A stretch of 35,424 bases of DNA from a virus (taxonomy: Duplodnaviria > Caudoviricetes). A program made the translations under genes and the position numbers. Where the stretch lies: positions 1 to 35,424 of the IMG/VR virus record IMGVR_UViG_3300020045_006383. One strand, 5' to 3'. The stretch's first letter is position 1, and each line of letters opens with the position of its first letter. The notes under the pieces are model-generated. The model was not told the origin of the DNA, made no database searches, and saw only the letters and a list, made by a program, of their open reading frames with translations. Below, piece by piece: positions 24,658 to 33,913 of the stretch.

Positions 24658-26123
24658 AAATAGATAGTTACCTGAACTCTTTGATGCTTTCAGAAAAGCT
24701 GTATCTGGCAAGGGTCAAAGACGGGACGGCATTATGGTATCCGCAAAGCGAGACTCAATGGAAGGCTATTCTCTCGCGTGCGGATGAATTGTTTTTTGGT
24801 GGAAGCGCCGGGGGAGGAAAAAGCGATTTACTCGAAGGGTTGTCCATCGAAATGCACCAACACTCTGCAATATTTCGCAGAGTGTACCCAAATCTAAAAG
24901 AGATCATCAGGCGCGCAAGGGAGATCATTGGCGAGTCTGCCAGCGAAAATAAATCAGACAGGTTATGGATGTTTGCCGATGGACGCACAATCGAGTATGG
25001 AGCTATCCAGTACGAAGACAACAAGAAAGATTGGCAGGGTCGGCCGCACGACTTGAAAGCCTTTGATGAATTGACGGAATTTACAGAAACACAATACGAG
25101 TTTATTTGTGGTTGGAATCGCTCTACCGATCCCGGTCAACGTGTGCGGGTGGTGGCAACCGGAAACCCTCCACTGGACGAAGCAGGTAGCTGGGTATTGC
25201 GCAGGTGGGGGGCATGGTTAGATCCAAATCATCCACACCCGGCTTCCTCTGGCGAAATACGCTGGTACGCCATGGTCGGCGGAAAAGAAATCGAGCGCGC
25301 CGACGGTCAGCCTTTTAGCCATGAAAAAGAGATGATCTATCCTCGATCACGCACGTTTATCAAGTCAACGCTTGAAGACAATCCTTTTTATGCGCAAGAC
25401 AATCGTTATCGTTCTGTGTTGCAATCTCTTCCAGAACCTTTGCGGTCCATGTTGCTTTATGGGAAGTTTGACGCGGCGTCGACTCCGGACCCGTTCCAGA
25501 TCATTCCTGCCGACTGGGTACGTGTTGCACAAAGACGCTGGTTGGAAAGAAAAAAGCCTGATACACCAGTGACCGCCGTTGGTATTGATCCGTCTCGCGG
25601 TGGTGACGATAAAACAGCCCTAGCGAAAAGGCATGATAACTGGTTTGATGAGGTCAAATCATGGCCGGGCGCGATAATAAAAGACGGTGCTATCATGGCA
25701 GAGTTAGCCAGACAAGAGATCGGAGAGGTAAATCCGATGTATATTAATATTGATGTGAGCGGGATAGGGTCGTCTGGTTTCGATCACCTGAAGGTTTTAT
25801 ACAAACAAGTACAGCCGTTCAACCCAGCGGAAGGCTCGGAATATAGAGACCGGAGTAGAAAGTTGAAAATGAGAAACAAGCGCGCTGAGATGTACTGGCG
25901 TATGCGAGACGCGCTCGATCCAGTGTACGGGGATGATATAGCCTTACCACCTGATACAGAATTACTGGCAGACCTTTGTTCAGCCAGATATAAAATCTCA
26001 AGCGCCGGCGTTTTGGTTGAAGAAAAAGAAGAGATCAAAAAGAGAATTGGGCGAAGTCCTGATGTTGGTGAGGCAGTTATGATGTGCAACTTCACAACTA
26101 TTATGGAACCCCAGTTGTTCTGA
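24654..26123 (+). CDS. terL: Terminase large subunit
   Basis: Walker A FGGSAGGGKS, Walker B AFDELTEF, coupling motif ATGNPP, nuclease GIDPSRGGDD, C-terminal SPDVGEA. Confidence 0.95.
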   Translation: MKIDSYLNSLMLSEKLYLARVKDGTALWYPQSETQWKAILSRADELFFGGSAGGGKSDLLEGLSIEMHQHSAIFRRVYPNLKEIIRRAREIIGESASENKSDRLWMFADGRTIEYGAIQYEDNKKDWQGRPHDLKAFDELTEFTETQYEFICGWNRSTDPGQRVRVVATGNPPLDEAGSWVLRRWGAWLDPNHPHPASSGEIRWYAMVGGKEIERADGQPFSHEKEMIYPRSRTFIKSTLEDNPFYAQDNRYRSVLQSLPEPLRSMLLYGKFDAASTPDPFQIIPADWVRVAQRRWLERKKPDTPVTAVGIDPSRGGDDKTALAKRHDNWFDEVKSWPGAIIKDGAIMAELARQEIGEVNPMYINIDVSGIGSSGFDHLKVLYKQVQPFNPAEGSEYRDRSRKLKMRNKRAEMYWRMRDALDPVYGDDIALPPDTELLADLCSARYKISSAGVLVEEKEEIKKRIGRSPDVGEAVMMCNFTTIMEPQLF

Positions 26124-26185
26124 GTGGTAATATTTTTACAATTGTCCTATAATGCAGGTTATTAGTCACAAGTCAAGGAGTCAGT

Positions 26186-28012
26186 ATGCTTAAGAGATTG
26201 CGCGACGCCATTACCCCACCCAGTCAACGCACACCATCCGCAGAAGAAATAGCCAGAGAAATTGTTCACTTGTCAGCCATGAAGGTGTCGGAGGTTGTGC
26301 CAACATGGAAGGAAGGCAAGCCAGTAGAGCCGTCAACGAATTTTGTTTCTTTAGTGAAGGGCGGATGGCGCAGGAATGAGTTGATCTTCGCTTGCTCGTC
26401 ACGCAAGGCAAGTACGGCGAGTCAGGTTGCCTTAAAGGTTCACAAGAAAGTAAGTGGGGACGAAGTGCCGAATCATCCATTACGAGAGTTGATAAAATTT
26501 CCAAACCCGCGTATGAGTGAGTTTGATTTCCTATCATCCATTTTCATATTTCAGGATTTTGGCGGGATTGCTTATTATGAAAAAGTCCGATCCAGAGCCG
26601 GCAAAGTGGTGCAGTTGTGGCCCATGCGCCCGGACTGGGTGAGACCATTACCGTCAAGTAAGAGTTACGTAGCTGGTTACGAATACGGACCTCCCGGAGA
26701 AAAGAAAGAAATTCTCCCAGCGGAGGACGTGTTGAGTTTTCCATTGTGGGACCCGCTAGATGAGTATCGTGGGTTTCCACCTGTGGCAGTTGCGGCCAGA
26801 GTCGCGGATGTGGATAACTCGATCACGGACTACATCCGCTTGATGTTTCAAGAGGGTGGTGTTCCGCCCGGTCTACTGAAGACCAAGCAAGCCATTGATG
26901 ATGCCATAGCGATTCGTATGCGCGAGAAGTGGAAAGAGCGTTATGGTGGCGTCGGCAATTGGTTGGAGCCGGCAGTTCTCGGGTACGATCTTGAGTATCA
27001 GCAGATCGGTCTCGGTCTCAAAGAGATGGGTCTGGAAATGCTGGACAAGCGCAACGAAACGCGCATCTGTATGGTCATGAAGGTCCCGCCGACCATGATC
27101 AGCACGCTCGTTGGTTTGGAGCGCGCGATCTTATCCAATGCGCAGGAGTTTCAGAAGGACTGGTGGGTCAATGATTTGATCCCCATGTATAAGAACCTGA
27201 ACGACAATTTCCAGAATCAGCTTGTCAAGCCTGATTTTGGGGATGATGTTGAGTTGAAGTGGGACTTCCATGACGTGCCTGCTTTGATCAATATGTACAA
27301 GGACAAAAAAGAAGCGGCTCTTAATGCGTTTCAAGCCGGAGCGATCACACGTAATCAATACCTCGCTGAGTGTGGTCTGCCTGAATTGGGTCCACGTGGG
27401 GAAGTGTTCGTGATGTCCATGTCCATGCAGGAAGTACCAGCCAATAAGATACTTGTTCCGCGTCCGATCTTCACGTCCAAGCCGGTTGCAGAAACCCCAA
27501 AGGAAGACGAAGACGGCAAGACAGAGCCAAAAAGTATGAAGGCTATTGTTAAGTCGGAAGTGGTTGCCGGCAATGCTCCCGATAATGAAGAGCGCTTGAA
27601 AGCAGAGAAGCTCATGGCGCGTAAGTTGCGTGATTTCTTTTCCGATGAGTTGTCTCGTATCCGTAGTAGCGTTACCGCTTCACACCGTCCACTTGTGAAG
27701 GAAGACCCACCCACATTCAACCTTACCGTTCACAACCATCCCGGCGATGCTCCGCGTGTAGATGTTGAAGAGTTACGCGGAGAGTTGACCGCTCTTAAAC
27801 AGGACGCTCCCACGATCATAGTTAATGTTGAGCCTACACCTGTGTCGGTTGCGAATAACAACGTGATTCAGGTCCCTGAGAACCCGCCGGCTGAGATCAC
27901 ATTCTCCCCCGAGGTGAACGTGGTTACTCCGAAGGCAAAGAAAGAGCGCCAGACGATCAAGCGCGACCATGAAGGTAATATCGCCAGCACAGAAACAGAT
28001 ATAGAGTATTAA
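26186..28012 (+). CDS. HK97-family portal protein with a long C-terminal extension
   Basis: HPL..L...PNP.MS, GIAYYEK, LWPMRPD.V, GG.PPG.L, IC.V.KVPP, GAITRNQY...GLP; about 190 extra C-terminal residues. Confidence 0.95.
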   Translation: MLKRLRDAITPPSQRTPSAEEIAREIVHLSAMKVSEVVPTWKEGKPVEPSTNFVSLVKGGWRRNELIFACSSRKASTASQVALKVHKKVSGDEVPNHPLRELIKFPNPRMSEFDFLSSIFIFQDFGGIAYYEKVRSRAGKVVQLWPMRPDWVRPLPSSKSYVAGYEYGPPGEKKEILPAEDVLSFPLWDPLDEYRGFPPVAVAARVADVDNSITDYIRLMFQEGGVPPGLLKTKQAIDDAIAIRMREKWKERYGGVGNWLEPAVLGYDLEYQQIGLGLKEMGLEMLDKRNETRICMVMKVPPTMISTLVGLERAILSNAQEFQKDWWVNDLIPMYKNLNDNFQNQLVKPDFGDDVELKWDFHDVPALINMYKDKKEAALNAFQAGAITRNQYLAECGLPELGPRGEVFVMSMSMQEVPANKILVPRPIFTSKPVAETPKEDEDGKTEPKSMKAIVKSEVVAGNAPDNEERLKAEKLMARKLRDFFSDELSRIRSSVTASHRPLVKEDPPTFNLTVHNHPGDAPRVDVEELRGELTALKQDAPTIIVNVEPTPVSVANNNVIQVPENPPAEITFSPEVNVVTPKAKKERQTIKRDHEGNIASTETDIEY

Positions 28013-28015
28013 TCC

Positions 28016-28561
28016 ATGCCAATTACACATCAGTACGTTTCATCCGCTCCCCCTGTCCCCGGTAAGGTGGATTCGACTGAGTGGAATCGCGATCACGTTG
28101 TTATTATAGTCAACGCTGATGTTGATCCAGCGGCGGCTATTGCTGAAAGCAAACTTGCGCTTAATTATCCTACAACTCCCGGAATCGGTGTCACTGATGG
28201 TGATAAAGGGGATGTAACAATCAGCATTGCTGGAACGGTGTGGAATATTAACAACGCTTCAGTAATTGTCAAGTTACTTACAGATTTCTCTGCCAGCGCT
28301 GGCACAGTGAGCGCTACAGACTCTATCCTGTCCGCGTTTCAGAAAATCGTTGGAAACATTGCACTAAAACTCACGGCAAACGACCCTATTGTTGGGGCTA
28401 CGAAAACAAAAATAACGTATGACGCAAACGGCTTGATCATTGCCGGAGAAGATTCCACTGAATATGATATTCCCGCACTCGGTCAGCACATAAAAGAAAT
28501 TCAGTCCGCACGTGCGAAGATGGCAAGTCTCAAAGTGTTCAAACGGATTAATTTTTCATAG
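28016..28561 (+). CDS. Putative virion fibre/appendage protein
   Basis: ITH..VS...EWNRDH N-terminus; DGDKGDVT and TKITYDANGLI motifs seen in fibre-like proteins. Confidence 0.6.
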   Translation: MPITHQYVSSAPPVPGKVDSTEWNRDHVVIIVNADVDPAAAIAESKLALNYPTTPGIGVTDGDKGDVTISIAGTVWNINNASVIVKLLTDFSASAGTVSATDSILSAFQKIVGNIALKLTANDPIVGATKTKITYDANGLIIAGEDSTEYDIPALGQHIKEIQSARAKMASLKVFKRINFS

Positions 28562-28570
28562 GAGTTACAA

Positions 28571-28969
28571 ATGACACAACCAAACACAAATCCAGTTTTT
28601 GTCGGCACAATGAACTTAGGTGTTGCCGCGATTGCTACCGCGAACACCAACCGTGACGGAACAGGAACGATTGGTACTATCTTTACTGCTGGCGCACAAG
28701 GCTCGCGTGTCCATCGCATCCGTGTCAAGGCTTCGGTCACGACTACGGCGGGGATGGTGCGTATTTTCATCCATAACGGCTCGGCTTATTTTCTGTATTT
28801 GGAAATTCCTGTGACCGCATTGACACCATCGGCAACGGTGGAGGCGTTTTCGTATGAGTTGGATTTGCCGAATGAAGATGCAATCTTGTTGCCAACTGGT
28901 TACACCATCAGGGCGAGTACGCACAACGCCGAGAACTTCAATGTGTTTGTTGAAGGCGGAGATTTTTAG
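28571..28969 (+). CDS. Putative virion beta-sandwich protein
   Basis: AGGAG RBS; TANTNRDGTGTI..IFTAG..GSR, GGDF C-terminus. Confidence 0.65.
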   Translation: MTQPNTNPVFVGTMNLGVAAIATANTNRDGTGTIGTIFTAGAQGSRVHRIRVKASVTTTAGMVRIFIHNGSAYFLYLEIPVTALTPSATVEAFSYELDLPNEDAILLPTGYTIRASTHNAENFNVFVEGGDF

Positions 28970-28971
28970 AC

Positions 28972-29535
28972 ATGCCAGCGGGTTCTTTTGGTGCTTCGCC
29001 TACCATAAATGAAGTAGATTTGGTCGCAACCGAAGCGATTATCCTTGTTTCACGCCCTTCTCGTATGCGCCTTGCTTTTGGGACAGATACTCTTTTCTTT
29101 TATGTTGGAGATGGTGTAAATTGGCACAGGTCTTCACTTAAATTTTATACAGATTTGCCGAATGTAGACATGGGGTACTTGCAGAATAATTCTAAAGACG
29201 GATACTACGCCGCGTTTATCACAGACAAGGCACTTATAAACTGCACGATTGGATTCAATGCGTCCACCAGTAACGGCGGATTATGGATTGACAACTCAGT
29301 CACTCCAAATCAATTAAAGATATACATGAACTCTGGTGCAAAAACTATTATGACTGACTTCTCAAATACGCTTGGGTACTTGGCGCATTATCCATTTTCA
29401 ACCACGCAAGCCGTAAAGGTTTGGTCTGGTAACTCGGTTGAAGTTGGTTTGAATGGCAGACCGATGATACAAGAGTATGATATTTCGATGGGTGCTTATC
29501 CACCTGCTAAAGTTTTGAATGGAGGTACTTATTAA
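28972..29535 (+). CDS. Hypothetical (likely virion) protein
   Basis: LAFGTDT..FYVGDG.NW motif typical of fibre/minor structural proteins. Confidence 0.6.
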   Translation: MPAGSFGASPTINEVDLVATEAIILVSRPSRMRLAFGTDTLFFYVGDGVNWHRSSLKFYTDLPNVDMGYLQNNSKDGYYAAFITDKALINCTIGFNASTSNGGLWIDNSVTPNQLKIYMNSGAKTIMTDFSNTLGYLAHYPFSTTQAVKVWSGNSVEVGLNGRPMIQEYDISMGAYPPAKVLNGGTY

Positions 29536-30377
29536 TGGCAACGGTCTATGTCTCATCAACAGGTAGCGATGCCTACACTTATGTACAGGCGCAGTCTAGT
29601 GCTACCCCCTGGCTTACGCTTGGAAAATGTAACACTTCGGCTACGACAGGCGACACAATTATAGTAATGGCAGGTTCGCTAACCTGCGCCTCTGTTACGT
29701 TTACGAAGTCATTCACTATTCAGGGGGCAACCTCTGTATCAAGTTTATATATCTTAACGGCAGGTGGCGGAGCGTGCCAATACAATTCTACAACCGCAGG
29801 AGTTTCAATTACCTTCCGTTATTTGACTATAACCAACATGGTCGTGGCGGGCAATAACAATTTATTCCAATGGGGTGAGGCAACAAACACAACAACTATT
29901 ACAGTAGAAAACTGTATTATCAATACAATTACTTTGGGAGCAAGTAGCGCAATAATTGGAAGTTCTCCTAGCAGTGGATATTGTGGAAATGTGACATTCA
30001 AAAATAATTTAGTATATGGAATTACATCATCTGGTTCTGCTAGATTTTTAAGAATAGAATCGCTTTCTACCAGTAGAACCATAAATATTACTGGAAATAC
30101 TTTTTATCTTAACCCTACCCACATACCAACATTTATCAATAACGGTTCACCCTCAACAATAATTTTCACAATTAAAAATAATATTATATACGCCACGAGT
30201 GCTATCGCTTTTGGTACTACCACATATATTACATACAGCTATAACGATGCTTATCAAATAACAAGCCCGCCATCGGGAACGGGAAATATAACAAGCGACC
30301 CCTTGTTTGTAGACTACGCTAATGTTAACTACAATCTCCGCCCATCATCGCCATGTATTGATACTGGGGGTGTGTAA
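29535..30377 (+). CDS. Right-handed beta-helix (pectin lyase-fold) protein
   Basis: YVSSTGSD...S.TPWLTL...GDTIIV..G N-terminus, NN-ladder repeats, GNI.SDPLFVD....YNL...SPCIDTG C-terminus. Confidence 0.8.
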   Translation: MATVYVSSTGSDAYTYVQAQSSATPWLTLGKCNTSATTGDTIIVMAGSLTCASVTFTKSFTIQGATSVSSLYILTAGGGACQYNSTTAGVSITFRYLTITNMVVAGNNNLFQWGEATNTTTITVENCIINTITLGASSAIIGSSPSSGYCGNVTFKNNLVYGITSSGSARFLRIESLSTSRTINITGNTFYLNPTHIPTFINNGSPSTIIFTIKNNIIYATSAIAFGTTTYITYSYNDAYQITSPPSGTGNITSDPLFVDYANVNYNLRPSSPCIDTGGV

Positions 30378-30634
30378 TGAGTGATAAATCTCCCAATCAA
30401 CTTTGGAGAAAGAGTCTTGAATATAAACATAAAAAGGTCAAGAAGAAAGACCTAGCATCCATGCTTACCCCATACATAAAACGTGAGGATGGTGTTGACA
30501 CTGGCGACCCTGCTAATCGTTATTGGGTAATTTGGGGAACTAACTACAAAGGTCGCGAGGTCGAGATAAGATGCAAAGAACGTGACGAGTGCCTGGCTAA
30601 TCTAGCAACCTTGAACGGCTTTACAGTGGAGTAA
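30377..30634 (+). CDS. Hypothetical protein
   Basis: TAATG overlap; 85 aa. Confidence 0.6.
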   Translation: MSDKSPNQLWRKSLEYKHKKVKKKDLASMLTPYIKREDGVDTGDPANRYWVIWGTNYKGREVEIRCKERDECLANLATLNGFTVE

Positions 30635-30635
30635 T

Positions 30636-30917
30636 ATGTCAGATTTACACGAAACCGATATTCTTATCAGGATAAAAGAAGCCTATCATAATGGCTTGGC
30701 GTGGGTGGCTCTTACTGTGTCAAATATTAACAGTGTTGGAGTTACCAATAGTGGCAGACGCTCGGAACTTCACAGAACGTCAGACACTAACCAGTTATTT
30801 TTTCACGACGGGACAATAATTCAACCTGTGCAAACTCTTGACATGGCGGTTACAGATAGAACAGACGGCTATATTATTACAGATAGAACCACTGGCGGAT
30901 TGATTTATGATTACTAA
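30636..30917 (+). CDS. Hypothetical protein
   Basis: GGAG RBS; TDRT repeated twice near the C-terminus. Confidence 0.6.
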   Translation: MSDLHETDILIRIKEAYHNGLAWVALTVSNINSVGVTNSGRRSELHRTSDTNQLFFHDGTIIQPVQTLDMAVTDRTDGYIITDRTTGGLIYDY

Positions 30918-30926
30918 GGAGAAACA

Positions 30927-31310
30927 ATGTCAAACTTTTTAGACACAAAAGGCGCGGTGCTTTTATCGGCAACAACTGTTGCGTTGAACGCAAACGCAGA
31001 CACGACCATTTACACCGTTCCCGCAGGTGTGAGATGTATCTTATCTCATGCCATTTTGGTTGCAGGTGCGGATGCGGGTGCGACGACCACAATTGCCATT
31101 GGTCAGGACGGAGCAGAGACAGACTTTATCCCCGCTAACACTCTAAGTAATTTGGACGCTCAGTACGACGCGGTGAAACTGCAACCCATTCCGAACACAA
31201 CCCCGCTAAAGAATAAATCTTATGCGGCGGGAACAGTTATTCAAGCACAGGTTGGTACGCAGTCTGGTGGCGCGACAAACACTTTGTATCTATTCGGGAC
31301 GCTTTACTAA
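30927..31310 (+). CDS. Putative virion beta-sandwich protein
   Basis: AAGGAG RBS; TIYTVPAG motif; Ala/Thr-rich. Confidence 0.65.
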   Translation: MSNFLDTKGAVLLSATTVALNANADTTIYTVPAGVRCILSHAILVAGADAGATTTIAIGQDGAETDFIPANTLSNLDAQYDAVKLQPIPNTTPLKNKSYAAGTVIQAQVGTQSGGATNTLYLFGTLY

Positions 31311-31316
31311 TCAGCT

Positions 31317-31496
31317 ATGGATGGAGCTTTCGACGCCGGCGCTTTTGACGACATTGCCTTTGACACAGGTTCTGGCGTCACGCCTTCCGACTCTGGTGGT
31401 CGCCGGCGTCCATGGTTTATTGCGGAAGACCGTCTTGACGACACTCTGGATATGATCCGCAGACTACGTGAGGAAGAGGAGATTGTTATCTTATGA
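31317..31496 (+). CDS. 59-aa protein with AFD repeats and an EEEEIVIL C-terminus
   Basis: MDGAFDAGAFDDIAFDTGSGVTPSDSGGRRRPWFIAEDRLDDTLDMIRRLREEEEIVIL; its stop overlaps the MuF ATG (ATGA); missed by the ORF track. Confidence 0.75.
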   Translation: MDGAFDAGAFDDIAFDTGSGVTPSDSGGRRRPWFIAEDRLDDTLDMIRRLREEEEIVIL

Positions 31497-32044
31497 CCGA
31501 TCCACTTGACCCTGACTTTTGGGGAGAAGAAGCAGGTATTCTATACAATATCCTGTTTCCTTTATTCCGTGATGCGGCTGTAGCGTCTGCGTTGAGTAGT
31601 TATACAGAGCTTGCCGGCATGGTTGATCTCGGTCTCTCGTGGGATGTTGTTAATACTGCCGCGATCTCTTGGGCAGAGCAATACACGGAAGATGTTGTCA
31701 ATCAGATCAGCCAGACCAGCATGACCGCATTTTTGAATAATTATGAAGAGTGGGTTTTGTCTGGTGATCCTATCTCGGCATTGATCGAAACGCTTGAGCC
31801 GTATTATGGCGAGATCCGCGCTGAAATGGTTGCAATCACGGAAGTTACACGCGCGTACGCATCTGGAAATATTGCGGCTTGGCAGTTGACCGGAATGGTA
31901 ACTGGCTTCAATGTGCAGACCGCAGAAGATGATGTGGTGTGTCCCATTTGCGAAGAAGAGCGCGACCGTGGAGTTCACGAATTGACCGACGATCCGCCTC
32001 CATACCACGTTCGGTGCCGATGCTGGCTTACCCCGGTCCTATAA
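31493..32044 (+). CDS. Minor head protein (MuF / SPP1 gp7-like)
   Basis: RAEMVAITEVTRAY, TAEDDVVCPIC, PPPYHVRCRC. Confidence 0.9.
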   Translation: MTDPLDPDFWGEEAGILYNILFPLFRDAAVASALSSYTELAGMVDLGLSWDVVNTAAISWAEQYTEDVVNQISQTSMTAFLNNYEEWVLSGDPISALIETLEPYYGEIRAEMVAITEVTRAYASGNIAAWQLTGMVTGFNVQTAEDDVVCPICEEERDRGVHELTDDPPPYHVRCRCWLTPVL

Positions 32045-32048
32045 TCAC

Positions 32049-32486
32049 ATGGCTGTAAAAGTAGTTATTCATGGTCTTGAAAGAGTGAAGGGTAAATTCG
32101 GCGCGCTCAAGAATAAGTTTCCTGAGTTTCTTAACGAGTCCACCCTTAACGCGGTTTTGTATGTGCATAGCAAAATGCCGAAGTACCCGCCGGCTCCGGC
32201 ATCGAGCACGTACAGGAGAACCGGAACACTTGGAAGGACCATCACCGCCATGAAAGGTAATGAGCCCGAAGCGCTTTCCAGAGTTGAGAGTGCGTTCGGA
32301 AACGTGAAGGGTATTGTCGGCACCAAGTTATCGTATGCTCCGTGGGTGATTGACAAAGAACGTCAAACAAAAGGACACAAGGCAAATGGCTGGTGGAATT
32401 TGCAGGATGTTGTTTATAGTCTGCGAAGCGGTATCAAAGAGACGTACAAGAAAGCTCTTGGCAATTTTCTGCGGAGGAATTTTTGA
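32049..32486 (+). CDS. HK97 gp10-like neck/tail-completion protein
   Basis: V.IHGLE, YRRTGTLGR.I, VGT.LSYAPWV motifs. Confidence 0.7.
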   Translation: MAVKVVIHGLERVKGKFGALKNKFPEFLNESTLNAVLYVHSKMPKYPPAPASSTYRRTGTLGRTITAMKGNEPEALSRVESAFGNVKGIVGTKLSYAPWVIDKERQTKGHKANGWWNLQDVVYSLRSGIKETYKKALGNFLRRNF

Positions 32487-32692
32487 CCCCAGCTTCTGAT
32501 CCCATTGACGAAATGCGCGTTGTTCGGTGCCCCAAGTGTGATCGGTTTCTTTTCCGGGTGCGTGGGATAGCTGAGATAGAGATCATGTGTCCCCGGTGCA
32601 GTTCGCTGGTCCTGTGGCCGGATCTGTCTGTAACTGTCTTGCTGGTCAAGCCCACAATTGCGATCACGCCGCATTACGACCGTCACACTTGA
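32483..32692 (+). CDS. Mu Com-like Zn-ribbon regulator
   Basis: GGAGG RBS before TTG; VRCPKCDRFLF....EIEIMCPRC. Confidence 0.7.
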   Translation: MTPASDPIDEMRVVRCPKCDRFLFRVRGIAEIEIMCPRCSSLVLWPDLSVTVLLVKPTIAITPHYDRHT

Positions 32693-32717
32693 CGGTATAT
32701 ACACAAAATGATAAACT
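32689..32717 (+). promoter_or_regulatory. sigma70-type promoter of the accessory (moron) block
   Basis: TTGACG-17-TAAACT with extended TG; carries GGTATATACAC as in repeat copy 2. Confidence 0.7.
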
Positions 32718-32748
32718 CTCTTTAACCTAAAAGGTTAAGGAGAGTTTT

Positions 32749-33138
32749 ATGTTAAGGATCATGTTGTTTATTCTGGCTTTGTTTGGACTTGGAATTGGCG
32801 TTCAGTCTCACGCTATTCCGGAACCCGTTCGCTCTGTTGCATCCGCCCCATTCCCCACAACCATTCCAACTACAGCGCCGACTTGGACGCCTTGGGACGC
32901 TCCCAGTGAGTACATGGAGTACAACCCAAAGGCTGGTCTCACTCGTTATGTGATTTGTGTTAAGACCAGTGTGGTCTATGGGTCACCAAGATCAGACACT
33001 TTCGTTGTTGAGACTTTGGTGGAAGGGGATTACGTGTATCCCCGAGAGTGGGGTAGGGGATATGGCGCAGGTTGGGCAATGATCGCACCGGCTCAGTGGA
33101 TCTTCGGTGGTGATATTTGTGTAGCGGAAGAGGAATAG
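32749..33138 (+). CDS. Secreted/membrane-anchored protein with Pro/Thr linker and SH3b-like domain
   Basis: AAGGAG RBS; signal peptide; PTTIPTTAPTWTP; VYGSP.....VETL.EGD.V......GWAMI...W. Confidence 0.6.
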   Translation: MLRIMLFILALFGLGIGVQSHAIPEPVRSVASAPFPTTIPTTAPTWTPWDAPSEYMEYNPKAGLTRYVICVKTSVVYGSPRSDTFVVETLVEGDYVYPREWGRGYGAGWAMIAPAQWIFGGDICVAEEE

Positions 33139-33140
33139 TC

Positions 33141-33488
33141 ATGGAAATCAATTTCAAGTCAGGCGATAAAGTTTTTGATACATTGAATGGTAGAAGCTAT
33201 ACTGTAATAAAAGTCGGCATTGATGAGTTAGGCGGCTATCCTTGTGTTGACTGTGTCGGTGAAGATGGCGTTGTGGTTGGTTTCGATCCTACTCGCCTTT
33301 CAATTGGCGACCCGCCAGTTTCCTGTCTATTCCATAGCTCTTTTACTGATGCGCAGGTTATTTTCTTTTGCGGTCCACATTGCAAAAGCATTAGTTGTAT
33401 ATGTAACCGATATGATCAGGCGCAGGGAAATCAAGTCCCGCGCGCGCCGATCCATGATGGTTGTGATTGTTACTCTACGGAGGTTTGA
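33141..33488 (+). CDS. Hypothetical Cys-rich protein (KOW-like N-part, MuF-like P.H..C.C C-part)
   Basis: GAGGA RBS before ATG at 33141; FKSGDKV; SCICNRYD...PRAPIHDGCDC. Confidence 0.6.
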   Translation: MEINFKSGDKVFDTLNGRSYTVIKVGIDELGGYPCVDCVGEDGVVVGFDPTRLSIGDPPVSCLFHSSFTDAQVIFFCGPHCKSISCICNRYDQAQGNQVPRAPIHDGCDCYSTEV

Positions 33489-33489
33489 T

Positions 33490-33903
33490 ATGCGTAATAT
33501 GTCGTTTTCACTTACTACCCCACAGATGAAAGCCGGCACCAAGACCGTCACGCGCCGACTTGGTTGGTCCTTCCTGAAAGAAGGTGATCTGGTTATGGCT
33601 GTTGAGAAATGTCAGGGACTTAAGAAGGGCGAGAAGGTAAAGAAAATTGGCATCATTGAGATACTTCGCATTCGTTGCGAGACCCTTGATGATATAACTC
33701 ATGGTGACGTTGTTCTTGAAGGTTTTCCAGAAATGACCACAGAAGAATTTATTAGTATGTTTTGCAAAGCCAATAAGTGTGATCGTTCCACCCTTGTCAA
33801 TCGCATTGAGTTTCGTCATTATGCTTATTCTGGTAGAGCGTATCATGATAACGATCACGCCATTCGTGGTTCCATGACAAATGAAATGATAGTAGACGCA
33901 TAG
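33490..33903 (+). CDS. ASCH/PUA-like domain protein
   Basis: GGAGG RBS before ATG at 33490; MSFSLT.....GTKTVTRRLGW..LK.GD, EGFP....EF, VNRIEF. Confidence 0.85.
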   Translation: MRNMSFSLTTPQMKAGTKTVTRRLGWSFLKEGDLVMAVEKCQGLKKGEKVKKIGIIEILRIRCETLDDITHGDVVLEGFPEMTTEEFISMFCKANKCDRSTLVNRIEFRHYAYSGRAYHDNDHAIRGSMTNEMIVDA

Positions 33904-33913
33904 ATTATTAGTC

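Noticed and set aside
31222-31455. 77-aa ORF from the track
   Set aside because: Overlaps the upstream gene; the alternative frame 31317-31496 fits the gap, is coupled to MuF and has a more protein-like sequence.
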